From positions 1 to 51,336 of the forward strand of contig MU058716.1 in NCBI GenBank assembly GCA_013265495.1: a stretch of 51,336 bases of DNA, written 5' to 3'. The translations under genes and the position numbers were made by a program. A model generated the notes under the pieces. That model did no database searches. It was given only the letters and a program-made list of their open reading frames with translations, and had not been told where the DNA came from. Within the stretch, counting starts at the first letter, position 1. Every line of letters starts with the position of its first letter. Positions 13,045-26,332 of this stretch are shown one piece after another. The DNA comes from Vicugna vicugna. Its lineage: Eukaryota.

Positions 13045-13400
13045 TCTAGTATTCTTAACCCTGTGTCATGCTTGCAGCCTGAGTCTCCGGAACTTTTCTA
13101 TTAAGAATCACCTGTACTGCTGCTCTTCCCTGGACCATCCTCCTCCATCCACCGCAAGCACCTGTGCAGTGTGCCTCAGGGATTGACCCCCCGGGGGGTC
13201 CAGGGTTCCTTCCAGGGCACTGCACCCACTCGGCAAGCTTCCGTGCACACGCCCAGGCGATGCCCACTGTGATAAAACCACAGCCATGACAGTACATCAG
13301 GATTTCAGAGATGTTCAAATGTGAGCAAAGAATCTTCCTAGAACTGCTGAAATAGGGCATTCTTTTATATTACAGAGAGTTAATATTGGAAAGTACTTAA

Positions 13401-13589
13401 TACACACTACTATATATAAGGTGGGTAAACAGCAAGGTCCTACTGTGCAGTACAGGGAACTATATTCAATACCTTGTAATGGCCTAAAATGAAAAAGAGT
13501 GTGAAAAGGAACATATGTATGTGCACCAGAAACGAACACAACATTGTAAATCGACTATACGTCAATTAAATAAGTTAATTTTAAAAAAC
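13401..13589 (+). mobile_element. Short 5'-truncated L1 3'UTR fragment (artiodactyl/laurasiatherian type)
   Basis: aaacagcaaggtcctactgtgcagtacagggaactatattcaata...acattgtaaatcgactatac followed by an A-rich tail. It resembles the 3' end of the L1 at 14228-14973. Confidence 0.8.
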
Positions 13590-14227
13590 TTACTGTTTCA
13601 AACTCACACAGCTAAATAAATGTAAGGGAAATGGAAAAAAAAATAAGAAAGTGCTGGGTAAGTGGTATTCCATTAAAGTGCAGACTCAGTGAGGATAATG
13701 TCACCTCCTCTGTGGCCGATGCTGGATCTCCAGTACCTAGAAGACTGTCTGGAACAGAGTAGATGGTCACTTGTTGAATGAGTGGATGGATGAACGAATA
13801 AGTCCACAGAAATATAACTATCAGTATTATTCAGAGAAGAGTTTCTGTGCGTCATTAAGGGTTAAGTGAGATCACGTTGGCATGTTGTCTACGTAAAGGA
13901 AGCCCTCAGAAAAGAAGTGGTTCCCACCTCCTCTTGTCTCCCAGACAGCGGGACGGGGTGAGTGACCCACGCAGCCCCCAGCCCCTCATCTGAGTGCGTC
14001 GTGGGGGTGCACGATGACCAGGCAGGTGGATGGATAGTTGTCATCATAAAGAAACTGTAGTTGTCGGGGCCTCGCATGTCTGTGGTGCTTTTGGTGGGTC
14101 CTCCCACACCAAGGGTCACGCTTTGTGTGTTCCACCTGCCTGGGACTCTGGGTGTCATAGTAACACATCTTCCTGGGAATAAAAGCTCACAGCAGCCATC
14201 CTGAGATGAGACCAGAAACATCCTGAA

Positions 14228-14973
14228 CTGGTGCAGCCACTGTGGAAAACAGTATGGAGGCTCCCAAAAAGCTAAAAATAGAGCCACCATGTGACCCAGC
14301 AATTCCACTCCTGGGAACATACCTGCCTAAAATCCCACAAAATAATGATTCAAAAAGATACGTGCACCCCAATGTTCACAGCAGCACTATATTTGGTAGT
14401 CAAGACATGGAAGCAACCTTAATGTACATCGACAAAGGACTGGATAAAGAAGTCGTGACATATTTGTGCAATGGAATACTATACAGCCATAAAAAGGATA
14501 ATGCCATTTGTAGCGACATGGATGGGCCTAGAGATCATCATTCTAAGTGAAGTAAGCCAGAAAGAGAAAGAAATATACAGTATGAAATCACTCATATGTG
14601 GAATCTTAAAAAAAAGGAAAAGAAAAGAAACACGCACAAATGAACTTATTTTCAAAACATATACAGACTCACAGACATAGAAAATAAACTTATAGTTACC
14701 GGATGAGAAAGAGGGTGGGAAGAGATAAATTGGGAGTCCAAGATTTGCAGATACTAACTATTATATATAAAATAGATAAACCACAACTTTCTACTGTACA
14801 GCACAGGCAATTATTATATTCAATATCTTGCAGTAACCTATAAAGAAAAAGAACATGAAAATCAATATATGTATGTGTATGTATGACTGAAACAGGATGC
14901 TGTGCACCAGAAATTTACCCAGCATTGTAAACTGACTATACTTCAATAAAAAAAAAAAAGTTAAAAAAAAAAA
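14228..14973 (+). mobile_element. 5'-truncated L1: ORF2 C-terminal remnant, 3'UTR and poly(A) tail
   Basis: Translations KLKIEPPCDPAIPLLG and MEYYTAIK...ATWMGLEIIILSEVSQ are L1 ORF2 C-terminal motifs. AATAAA and an A tail lie at about 14945-14973. Confidence 0.92.
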
Positions 14974-16939
14974 CGCCTTTGAAGCTGAGGGTAGAGAAGG
15001 ATCTCAGAGCAGCTGAAGGGTGGCTGAGGATAAACAAAAAGTGCAGACTTAATTGCAGGACAACATATTAAATTCAGCTCTTTATTTTTAGAACGTCATT
15101 TTGGGGCCGAAATCTTGAACACCAATGAAGGAAAACACTCGCACCTCTGAGAGGGCGATGACCTTCAAAAGCCTTTTTCCAAGGGGAAGAAATTTAATTT
15201 AATCTTGTCTTCTTGTATTTGTTCATGTTGGATTACATTAAATGAGTTCTTTTTAATCATTGTTCATAAATCACAGCCAGGGTGTGCCCTGAGGCACAGA
15301 ACATTTGCATAAAAATATTAATTGCTACTGTCTCTCCTTTTGGGCTCATGGGAAATTAGATGGATGGGCAGCAAATGGCAGGCGCAGGGGTGTGGGGGTC
15401 AGATGAGGCAAGAACGGGAAGAGGGAAGTGTCCTCCCTGATAGCCTTGTTCAGCTCACAATGTGTGATGCCTAACTGTGGGATCCTCCTCAGATGTCTCC
15501 TCCACCAAGAAGCCCACCCTGATTTCTCCAGGCAGAGTTATTCTTCCCTCTTCTGTTACCCGTGAGCCATGACCAGCCTCTATTAGGAAACTTGAACGTA
15601 CTCCATAGTTCATTCACCCATGGCCATGTCCTCGCTTGGACCAGGAGCTCCCTGCCTGTCACACAGGGAAGAGGAGATCCCTGCTTGCTTGACTGACTGA
15701 GCAAAGGGAGAGTCCGGGGAGAGTCCTCTTGTTCTGCTGCACAGGCTGCCCCCAGGGTCAGGGTTCACTTAATAGATGCTCATTGAACCAGCATTCAGAG
15801 AATGCCTTTTATCCAGCTTCTCCTTGTGTATTTAGATTTCTTTTTTCCTAAGTTTAAGCCCATATTTGGATTTGGCTCGAATTTGAAATCCTCATCATTG
15901 CAGAGAAGATGCCCCGTGCTCTGTCCTTCCCAGGTGCACCCCAGGGTCCTGAAGTCTGGGGCTCATGCCGGCTCCTCCTCCTTCTTCGGCTCTCAGCTGC
16001 ACCCCACCCGTTCCTGCCTCCCGCTCTCCCTCTGTCTTCATGCTTGGGCTGTGGTTTTGCGGGTTTTGTGGTTGTGCTATTTGGAAAGAGCCTTCACGTG
16101 CAAGCTCTCCCTCTCATAGCCTCACCTCTCTGGCCTCCTCCCAGCCTCTCCCTTCCGCCTCCACGTCTCCACCCAGATGTGGTAGAACAGCCGCCGCTGA
16201 GCCTCCCTGACCCCCACACGGGGACAGACACCCTCCTGCCTTGGCATCACTCACCCATGCATCTATTCACTCGTCGGGCAGCAATGGTGCCACTTTAAGT
16301 GCTAAGGACCACGCTGGATGCTGGACTGATGTCAGCACACGGTGGACCAGTGCTAGGACGAGGGACACACAGGACGCCGGGAGGTTCTCACTCTGCTCAG
16401 CTGTCTCCCTTGGGTGCTGAAAGACCTTCCATCTCGTCTCTCTTCCCTGGTGCAAATTACATGCTCTGGGGCATCAGATGCTCCCCCAGAGTCCAGGGAC
16501 CTTTCTCCTGACTCCCACAGAAGCCCCGGCATTCCCAGCTCTACAGCGCCGCAGGGTTACTGAGTTTTGAATCATGCTGAGTTAGGGCACATCCCCGCCG
16601 GGCGCTGGTGCCCCTCTGTTAAAGTATGTTTGAAAAATTCTGAGCCCAACAGGTGCCTCCCCTGAAGGTCTTATCTGAGCTTCCAGGACGCTCGGTGTGC
16701 CCTGGGTCCCACAAGGGGTGCAGAGACAGCATGTTTCCCTGGTTTTTCTGTGTTTATGTGACTCACGGCACTTGCTTTGGTATCGTGTCTTGTAGGACCA
16801 GTCTAATGGGACAACGCAAAGCAGAGGGTCCACCAGGCAGGACACACGGTGTGTCCAGGCCAGCACAGAGCCCTGGAGGTGTGCGTCCCCATCTCTTGGA
16901 TTCTGTCTGCACCTCCTTGGTGAAGGTTAGCAAACGGAG

Positions 16940-17098
16940 GAGCAGGAAGGCCCAGGAGAAGGCAGGCCATGGTGAAGACAGGAATATGAGAGGGCAGGAC
17001 CAGGAGAAGTTAGGCCTAGGAGACAGCAGGACCAAGTGAGGGCAGGACCGGAGAGGGCAAACCCAGAAGAGGGCAGGCCAAGCTGAGGGCAGACTCCT
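16940..17098 (-). repeat. Inverted arm of the 16-bp minisatellite (reads AGAGGGCAGGCCCAGG-like on +), about 10 degenerate units
   Basis: gagagggcaggaccagg, tgagggcaggaccgg and agagggcaggccaagc are reverse complements of the units in 17107-18261. Confidence 0.8.
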
Positions 17099-17106
17099 AA
17101 CATACG

Positions 17107-18261
17107 CTCACCTGGGCTTGTCCTCTCCTGGCCCTGCCTTCACTTGGCCCTTTCCTCACCAGGGCCTGCCCTTACCTGAGTCTTTTCTCACCTGTGCCTG
17201 AACTCACCTGGTCCTGCCCTCTCCTAGGCCTGCTATCACCTGGGAATGTCCTCAACTGGGCCTGCTCGCACCTGGGCATGTTCTCAACTGTACCTGACCT
17301 CACCTGGGCCTACCCTCTCCTGGACCTGCCCTCTCCTGGGCCTGCCCTCACCTGGGCCTTTCCTCACCAGTGCCTACCCTCACCTGGGCATGCCCTCAAC
17401 TGTGCCTGACCTCACCTGGGCCTGCCCTCTCCTGGGCCTCCTGCCACCTGGTCCTGACCTCTCCAGGGCCAGCCCTATCCTGGGCATTCCCTCCTCTGTG
17501 CCTGACCTCCCCTGGGCCTGCACTCAGCTGGGACCACCCTCTCCTGAGCCTTCCTTCACCTGGTCATGACCTCGTGTGTGCATGCGCTCTCTTGGGCCAC
17601 TCCTACCCTGGCCCTGCAATCACCTGGGCCTGCACTTTCCTGGGCCTGCCCTCAGCTGGGCCTACCATCACCTGCGCCTGATCTCGCCTGGGCTTGCCAT
17701 CAACTGTGCCTGAACTCAGCTGGGCCTGCCCTCAGCTGGGCCTGCCCTCTCCTGGGCCTGCCCTCTCCTGGGCCTGCCTTCACCTGCTCCTGCACTCTTC
17801 TGGGCCAGCCTTCACCTTGTGTTGCTCTCAACTCCTTCTGTCCTCACATGGGCCTGCCCTCTCCTGGGCCTGCCCTCTCAGATACTGCCCTCTACTGGGA
17901 CTGCCCTCTGCTGAGCCTGCCTTCACCTGGACCTGACCTCATGTGGGCCTTTGCTCTCCTGGGCCAGCCTTGTCTTGGGCCACCCCTCACACGGTCCTGT
18001 CCTCACCAGGGCCAGCCCACTCCTGGGCATTTCCTCCCCGTGCCTGACCTGCCCTGGGCCTGCACTCAGCTGGGCCTGCCCTCTTACGTGCCTGCCATAT
18101 CCTGAGCCTGCCTTCTCCTGGACCTGAAGTCACGTGGGCCTGCGCTTTCCAGGGCCAGCCCTGTCCTGTTCCTGACCTCATCTGGGCCTGCCCTCTCCTA
18201 GGTCTGCTCTATCCTGGGCCTGCAGACACCTGGGTCTGCCCTCTCCTGGGCCTGCCCTCAC
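17107..18261 (+). repeat. GC-rich 16-bp tandem array, consensus CCTGGGCCTGCCCTC(T/A), about 72 degenerate units
   Basis: The unit recurs throughout. Variant units fall at spacings of 96, 112, 96 and 208 bp, all multiples of 16. Confidence 0.93.
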
Positions 18262-19696
18262 TACAGAAATGTGCAACAAGGGGCGAGGACACCGTGGAGC
18301 TGTGTTAGGATGCTTTCTTGCCGTGGTGCTGGCAGTCACGTGAGGGACCGTGCTGGCACAGCCTGCCCCATGGCAGATGGTCCACGGCCACCCCGAACGT
18401 CACCCATCACTCCCTTCTGATACAGCATTTTGGGTGTTCATGAGACCCACCCTCTTCTCTGTGTCACGCCCAGACCACTGCTCCTCCATCTCTGCCTTTT
18501 GACCTTGGCAGGGGTTTGTCCTCCCTGAGCCCTGTGTCTTAATCTTTAACATAGGATAATGCCATTTGCCTTGAAGGGTTGTTGGAGAGATCGAATGGGA
18601 TTACAAGTGCATGTCTGATGCCTTCTTTATTCAAAAATGGTAAAAATCATTAATGTACCAGCCAGATTGCCCATCCGAGCCTCCGAGTGTTTCTCAGAAG
18701 CAGCAGTGAGCAGGAGCAGACCCTGGCGGCACGCCTGCTTTTTCCCATTTCCATGGTAAAGACACAAAGTATGACGCAGAGTGGAGTAGGAGAGGGGCCG
18801 TGTACAATTCAAGTGCGTGGTGGGAAAACTGCACCGTGAGAATGTTTATACTCCCCGTGCACGTTCCAGGCCTCAGTGTGAGAGTTATCCAAAGACAGTA
18901 ACTCTCATCATCATTTGCAAATATTTCCTGGGCATTGAGTGACATTTACAAAGTGCCGAGGATGGTCCCACGGATGAGGCATTGGGAGGACCTCTGCCCG
19001 GCTTCACATGTGCCCTGAATAAAGCTCAGGCCCAGGCCAGCATCTTGAGAGCTATGGTCAGCAGACCTCAACTCAGAAGGCCTTCCGACGACCCCAGGCT
19101 GGCTTTCCTTCTGCTTGAGGTCCACGTGCACCAAGAGCCAGGGGCCCTGCTGTTTCCTCAGTCAACGGACGGAAGTGCCCACTGCGGCTGGGAGCCTGGG
19201 CAGAGGGTCACTCGGCTGTCATCCTGTGGTTCTCTCAGCACTGTTTGGACAGTCAAGTTCATGACCATAACAGCCTGCACAAAAATGTCCAGACTGCTCT
19301 ACAAGGAACGTGCCCAAGCCCACTGTTAGCCTATTTCCACTTGATGTTCAGACCAGCCCGAGGCCTGGCAGCAGCTTGGAGCCCCCTGTAGCTTAGCCCC
19401 CAGGGACTTGGCTTGGAGGGCCTACTTGTCCTCTCATGGGAGAGAGAGCCAGGGGCCAGAAGGTCACAGACAATTGTAGGATCTCCACTTCATGGGGTTT
19501 CCATGAAGCAACGCTCCCTGTTCATCCAGACGCCATTCCATGCCCTACATTAAAGAGGGAAGCAACAGCTGTTTTTTTTTTTTCCTACTTCCTTCAGCAA
19601 AGATAACCGAATGCTTTACGGTTGGACCTTGTTGCAGTTAGTCTTTGTCGTACAAGAAAGCACCTCAAAACTCAGTATCTTAAAACAACACGCATA

Positions 19697-19846
19697 TATC
19701 TATCTTTCTCTATCTGACTTACTTCACTCAATATGATGATCTCTAGGCCCATGTATGTTGCTGCAAGTGACATTATTTTATTCCTTTTTATGGCTGAATA
19801 TCACTCCATTGTATATATAGACCACATCTTTTTTTATCCAGTCATT
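19697..19846 (-). mobile_element. L1 fragment (end of ORF2)
   Basis: tctgacttacttcactcaatatgatgatctctaggccc...tttttatggctgaata...ccattgtatata is the reverse complement of the L1 ORF2 end. Confidence 0.8.
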
Positions 19847-22800
19847 TTTGGGAATGCTAAAATAGTATTTTTCCCTTGTGGAAGAAGTGTTTCTTAGTGG
19901 TTACTTGTTTTGAATTTGAGGTTAAAGAAACAAAAGTGTTATGGTCTATTTTATTGAACTCAGCAGAAAAGTATTCTTTCTATTTAGCATCATAAAAGTT
20001 TTGTACATAAAGGAGTTTATAATTTTACCTTTCAAGATTTGAAATCATTTACTTTTCATGACTTTTTTGCATCTCACATGAAAGCCTTAAAGTGTTTTTA
20101 CTCCATTCATCCCACCTTGTAACTCTCCTTCCTCCTTTCCCCTACAGGCACATTCTTGTGCTTTGTGAATATTGTTCATAATTTTAAATTTCAAGTATTG
20201 TTATTTTCTTTTAGAGCAGTTCTGTTTCATATATTTCTATTTAATTTATCTTATAAATTCTTATCTATATATGTTTGTGTGTGTGTGTGTGTGTGCATGT
20301 ATGTACATATCAAACCATCGAGAGTCGTTACTCACCATAGCTTTTTTTATCCTCATGTTCTTATGCTTTGAGATCTCAATTCTGATTCAGATTTCTGTGT
20401 ATATAACATTTTATTGCTGGTTTTTCTCAGATAGGATGGTATCTAAGTACCCTTGAATGTCAAGATGGTATTTCTAACTGGATGAATACTTTTAGATCAT
20501 ACTCCTTTAGTTCCAGTAGTCTGTAGGTGTTGTTTTGCTCTTTCCTAGTTAAATATGTTGCCGTTGAGAAGTTCCATGTTAATGTGATTCTTATTCTTTC
20601 TATCTGCAAATTTGTAAAATTTTTCAATTTATCTTTGATTTCAGGAAATTTACTAGGATATTCCTAACTATGTATCTTTTTTCACTAATCCTTGCTAGGA
20701 GTCCAGTATCTTTTTCTGAAAAGTTAATTTAATCTGAAAACTTAAATATTTTCTACTCATTATTTTTTAAAATTACTGCATGTTTTTGTTAATGTACCTT
20801 TTCCTTTTGTCAGTATTGTTATTCTTATGTTAGATCATCTGGCTCTGACTTCTAAATCTCTTATCTTGCCTTTTTGTGACTCTACTGTGTGTATGTGTGT
20901 GTATGTGTGCTTTACTCAGTTTTATGAAATTTTTTGGCACTGAATATTTCAGAACTATACTTAATGGTTTTCACTTTATGGTTAAATATAGTAAAATAAC
21001 TGAATCTTTATACTCCCCCTCTGATAGATTAGTAAGATTCTGAGAACTCCAGCAATACAGACTCTTAGTTAAAATTGCTTAACTGTATACCTATCCAAAG
21101 TTCTTAACTACTGAGTCCTTTACTCATGGAACAATACTGCAAGTTTAATACTTAGAGGCCATTCTTATCTTTACTCACAGTCTGTTCTTCACTTATTGGA
21201 CATAGGAATTCAGAACACAATAAAAAAAGCTCCAGGCTCATTTTATTACTGCCCTTCCCACACAACAAGTGTATCAAGTCAGTCTAGGGCTAGATGGTGC
21301 AAGAGTAAAAGCACAAATTCCCTTTTAGCTCGTAGGTGGGACTTAACCGTGGTGTCTGATACTGTAACTGAGGCTGGTTCCAAAGAAGACCATCATTTTG
21401 CATTAGATACCTTGATAGTTACTCACATTCTGAGCTGGGGTGTCTTCATTTCAGTCCTGTATAAGGACTAAGTACACAGGGAGAGAGCTCCTGGTGTTAC
21501 CAGTGGCCTGAAAGACAGCTTTATCTGAAAATCCTGCCAAGTCCTCGAAGCACATCATGTCCAAAATCAAACTCCGCTTGCCTGCCGGTCCCCACTGTGG
21601 TTGTTGCTCTGGAGTAGACGCCCTTTCTCCTGGCTTCCCTGCTTTGAGTCATGCTTGTGGTACAGCTTCAGCAACATCCACCTCCAGCATTTCCCTCACA
21701 CCTCCCTCCTTCCCTGCAGTCCCACTGACTCAGGCCTCTGAGCCCCCCGACCCTGTTCCTTTCCTTCTAGTCTTTCCCACCGTGGCTGCCAGCCACTCGG
21801 GCAGGGTTACAGCCCCCTTGCTCTGCAACCTGCAGTGATTCTCAGCCTACAAACCAATGAGCTCCTTGACTTGACATCAAAGGCTTCACAGGCGCAAAGC
21901 TTCCTTCCCCACTTGCTATCCCGCAGCTCCGGGTCATAAGGGTGGGAATGCTCACTTGTCTGTGGGGAGCCTCCCCCTTCCTATGTCTCTTTGGTGACGT
22001 GTACCCCTCCCGACTCGCGGGCACGAGTTGGATCAACCATTCAAGTCCGGGTTCAAATGCCCTTTCTTCCATGAAGCCTTCCTTCTGAGTCTCCTGGTTA
22101 GGGAGACCCCCTCAACCTCTGGAATGACACCCTTCTTTTCCCTCCTGTTCTTCCTGGGGCCGTAGTTCACATGTGCCTCTCACTGGGCAGCTCGTTTACC
22201 TGTGGCTCTCCCACTGTGCTGACTGACACAGAAACAGCGTATTGTCTTTGAAAGTGCAGCCCAGCTCCCGTCCTGGCTCCCAGAGAGAAAGGCTCCCAGC
22301 CAGCCCCCGGCCTGCACGGAGGTGGCCAGCCAGAGGCCGGTGGCCTGGAGGGACGCCCACACAGGACACAGAGCTGGCTCTGCTCCTCCACAGTTTCACC
22401 CAGATGAGTCCTGTGGGCAGTGTCTTGAGTTCCATGGAGGGGCAGCTGCCTGAAGATAATGAATTAATTAATCTTTGCACCAGCCAGCACCTGAGCATCT
22501 CTGTCTCCCTTGTGCTTGACTGTCTGCTGTGGGTAATTTGTCACCACTATTTGCCTACCTGCAACACCACACCTCTATTTTTTCTGTTTCACCAAATCCC
22601 AAGTCAATTCTGAATGAAAACCTGATGACACACATGTGACTGGGCTCCAGATGTCAGAAAATCTGGTTGGGGTAGAAGAAAGCGGTAAAGAAAGGTTCTA
22701 AATCAGTTGTGCTGATGGTGTCGTCACAGCAGGCAGGCTGGCTCATTAATGAGGAAGCTCCCGGGAAGGAAGCAGGGGCCGCGGGGGGACTGCGCCCTGC

Positions 22801-23179
22801 AGAAGCCCTCTCAGGCCGCACCTGCACGCCCCGAGTCTCGTTGCTGATACGAGTTGATCATCTCCCTCCTTACCAGATTCTGTAGAATTTGTTCATGCTG
22901 TGCTCTCTCCGATGAACCCCAACTCTGCGAGATTCCTACCTTTTCCAAAGTGGCTAGGAAGAGCTGGTTGTAAAATACAGCTGTCGGGTCCTCCACGTGC
23001 TGACATCGTGACCCCACGGCCCTGCTATGACAGGACCTTTGTAAGCTGACACTTCCCTGCAGGACCATGGCTGACAACTTATGTTTTTGGTTATGTTTCA
23101 TGTTGGTCTTACTATATTACTGGAAATCCAGCTTGGGTGGAGCAATAGAGAAACAACAGAAGTGAACAATCTGACACGA

Positions 23180-23820
23180 GAAGTTTGGGTTTAATTAATT
23201 AGTATTAAGAAAGCAGCTTAAACCCTTGAATGAAGCCAGTCTATGCATGCAAGAGATCATTAACACTTCTGTGACTTTTCCCCCACATCATTATAGAGTT
23301 AATTAAATAATGCAAATGTGGCTGAATTTGGTGAACCACATGCGCATTTGCATTCATGTGCATGGTCATTACCTTCCTCTGGAAATAAGAGCTGTCCAAC
23401 CTATTCACCCAAGAGCAAGTGTACCCACAAAAGAGAAGAAGCAGGAAGCAACCCTACAGAAGTGCTGAGAACTTAACAGTGAGTCAGAGACATCTTGATG
23501 AAAAAGTAAGTGTATGAAATTTATCCTGGACAAATAATAGCCTGAGTGTCTCTTTGTCCGTATTATTATAGATCAATTTGCAACCATCAATAATGTAATT
23601 ACTTTTGATCATTCTAGTGAATTTTTAATCACATGTGCTAACAGTGATATGGATAGCACAAAACGCACTATCCAAAAATTAATACTATTTCATCTTAAAT
23701 TGCATCATATTTTTATAGCACATTTCCTTTGCAATTATGATTGACTACTGTCTAGCTTAATTAAGCTAATGTTAAAGTTAATTGTCACTCCCAGAACTTG
23801 TATCAATTAATGGCTGAGAC
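23180..23820. promoter_or_regulatory. Candidate enhancer or conserved non-coding element (POU/homeodomain motif cluster)
   Basis: AT-rich, apparently non-repetitive island. It has inverted octamers at 23310-23317 and 23346-23353, several TAATTA sites and a 16-bp palindrome at 23753-23768. Function is inferred only. Confidence 0.35.
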
Positions 23821-26332
23821 AAATGACACAGAGGCTTTTTTTCCCAAAGATTGTTCAAAGAGTTCTAAGATACAAGACTTTAATGGATGTTTAAAGCATA
23901 AGCATTTGAAGTAGAAGAAAAGGGAGTGAGTAGTTGAGGACTGAAGTTTTGCCATCAAAAATCCACACAGTGGAACAGCATCATAAAAGAAAGTCATAAA
24001 ATTGACCTCATGCCTTCAAAATAGAAACAGAGAGAGAGAGTCAGGCACATTCCTAAAGGGCCTCAGCTGCCAGGAGGAGCCCCACCGCGAAGCCCATAAA
24101 ATTCATTTGTGTGAAACGCAGAACCTTGTTCCTGGGAAGGTAATTAGAAGCAGTGCTGTCAGTCCATGGGAGCTCACAGACACTGAGTGTACGTACATAA
24201 AAATAAAGATGGAGAGGCTGACGCTGTCCCCCACGTGTGCCCACGGACCACACGCTAGTCTGAGCGTCCCGACGGCCCCGGGCCTTGGATTCCCAGCCAG
24301 CACCTTTCCCCAAATCAGAGGAGAAGCTCGCTGCTTTGAGGATGAGACTGGGCGGGCCAGGAGAGCCTGGGCGACCACAGAGCAGCCAGAGCCGGGCTGA
24401 CGCAGTCGGGGCTGGTGCTTCAGGTCCTGGCTGTGATCCCAGGCGTGTAAATGGATGAGGTGATCAGGCAGGTTCCCAGGTAGCAGAGCTGAGACGAGGG
24501 TCCAGCGGCATGTGCTTTACTGAGGATGTGCTCGTAAAAGGTAGAACCTGTCAGGGGTGAGCACATCGGGGCAGGAGAGAAAGGGCGGGCCTCAGCAGCC
24601 TGGTCCGTGGGTCGGTGGGTGCTTGGCTCTCTGGCAGGGGCACACAGAACCGATGGCCACCTTGGTACCACTGCGCCTCCACCACCAATTTGTCCCTCCA
24701 GGGAAGTGAGAGGCAGTGATCCATTAGCACCAATACTCCCAGCAGCCAAGGAATGGCACACCCAGCCTGTATAGGGCTCGGGCAGCACCATGTCCCTGCC
24801 TGCAGGTCCATAGGGCAGACACTTGAGTCACCCACCATGAAGCTGGTCTGTGCAGACAGATCATGGAAAATTAGGAACCTGCAAAGTCTCAGGTGGGAAA
24901 ATTGGGCTTAAGTGATTGAGGGTTTTGGATTTATTTTGTGTTAATATTTGGATAATTTTGTATGTTAATATTCCTTGGGGTTTTCTATTTTTGTTTTTAA
25001 TAAGCCGAAGAATTATTCAAAATGACTTCGTTGATTTTGCACGGGCTCAGAGTTTCAGATGATGCCAGTGATTCATGTAAAGCTTTACGATGTGATTGGT
25101 GTGAAGCTCGGTGCTGGGCCACATAGCTTTGACTCAGCCTTCCAGGGGCAAGTCCTGTGGCACGTGGCCCAAGTCAGAGGCACCAATGGAGACCGTCTCT
25201 GTGAAGCCTAGAAGGTGTCCTGTCCCATGTTGTCCAAAGACCAGACTCATGGGAGACTTGCCCGTCTGTACCGTGAGTGCCTCGGCCTCCAGAGCACAAA
25301 GCAGGCCCCTCTCCGGCCCTTCTCCGGCCTCTCTCTGGCCCTCTGGGGCAGCTGCAGACCTGGTGCCCTGTCTTCCCTTCCCAGAGGCTGTGCAGCTGGC
25401 ATTTCCCTCCTCGTTAGACCTCAGGTGTTGGCGCGGGGAGACCCCGGGCCAGGGCGGGACTGGGGCATCCTGCTCTCTCCGCAGGCTCCCAGGAGATGGA
25501 TCTGCTCCTGTGCTCTCAGCCCCCACCCTGGCCCGGAGCCCCCAGTTTTAGATGCAAGAATAGGAAAACCTCAGCACTGCCCTCTCACACAGCAGCCCCG
25601 TCCAGGCCAGGGCCTCCTGGGGGTCTGGCCTGAGGTGGGAAAACCATGACCGTGCGCACAGTTCACAAAGTTCTAGACTCACCATTGGCAGTGGTCACCT
25701 CCAAACACCCACACTTCCTGGGCGGAACCAGGGGACTCTGTCCCCACCTGACTGCCCCAGACCTCTGGTTCCTCCCAGCACCCTCTCCATCCCAAGCAGG
25801 CATCCCCACTGAAGGATTCACAAAGTCCCTCAGCGGTTTCAGACCTCAGGAAGAAGAGGATACGCATGCAAATCGCTGCAGAACAAAGAAGAATTTAGTA
25901 AGTGTCACATGAGCAATGTGTTTCTGAAGAAGATAATTTAGGAAGTTTCACTAAATCTTCGAGTGTGGCTTTGATCCCTACCTCATGGAAGCTGTGTGCC
26001 CCGGGGACCCTGCTCCCTCCCTCAGATGTACTGCCATCCTTCCTCTCTGACCCCGATGCCCACAAAACCAAGTGAGCCAGAAAAGGAAGATAATGAAAGA
26101 CGGAGGATGTGGCCAGGAAGGGACGAAGGACAACATACAGACGAGTTAATTTTTCAAGGAACATGCATCCAAGGAAAAAGAACAGTGTTAAAACAGAAAA
26201 GAGGGTTCATGGAACAAAACACAAACACAGGCAGACAAAAAACTCATGATTTTCCAGATATGATAAAACAGATAAATTTTTTAAAATAGGGAAGCAAAAT
26301 GCTATGCTGGGATGCTGCCTTAGACGGCGGAT

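Noticed and set aside
17194..18181. Repetitive ORFs with PGPALSWACPLLGLPS periodicity
   Set aside because: This is the expected translation of a 16-bp tandem repeat. The frames are broken by stops and there is no gene structure.
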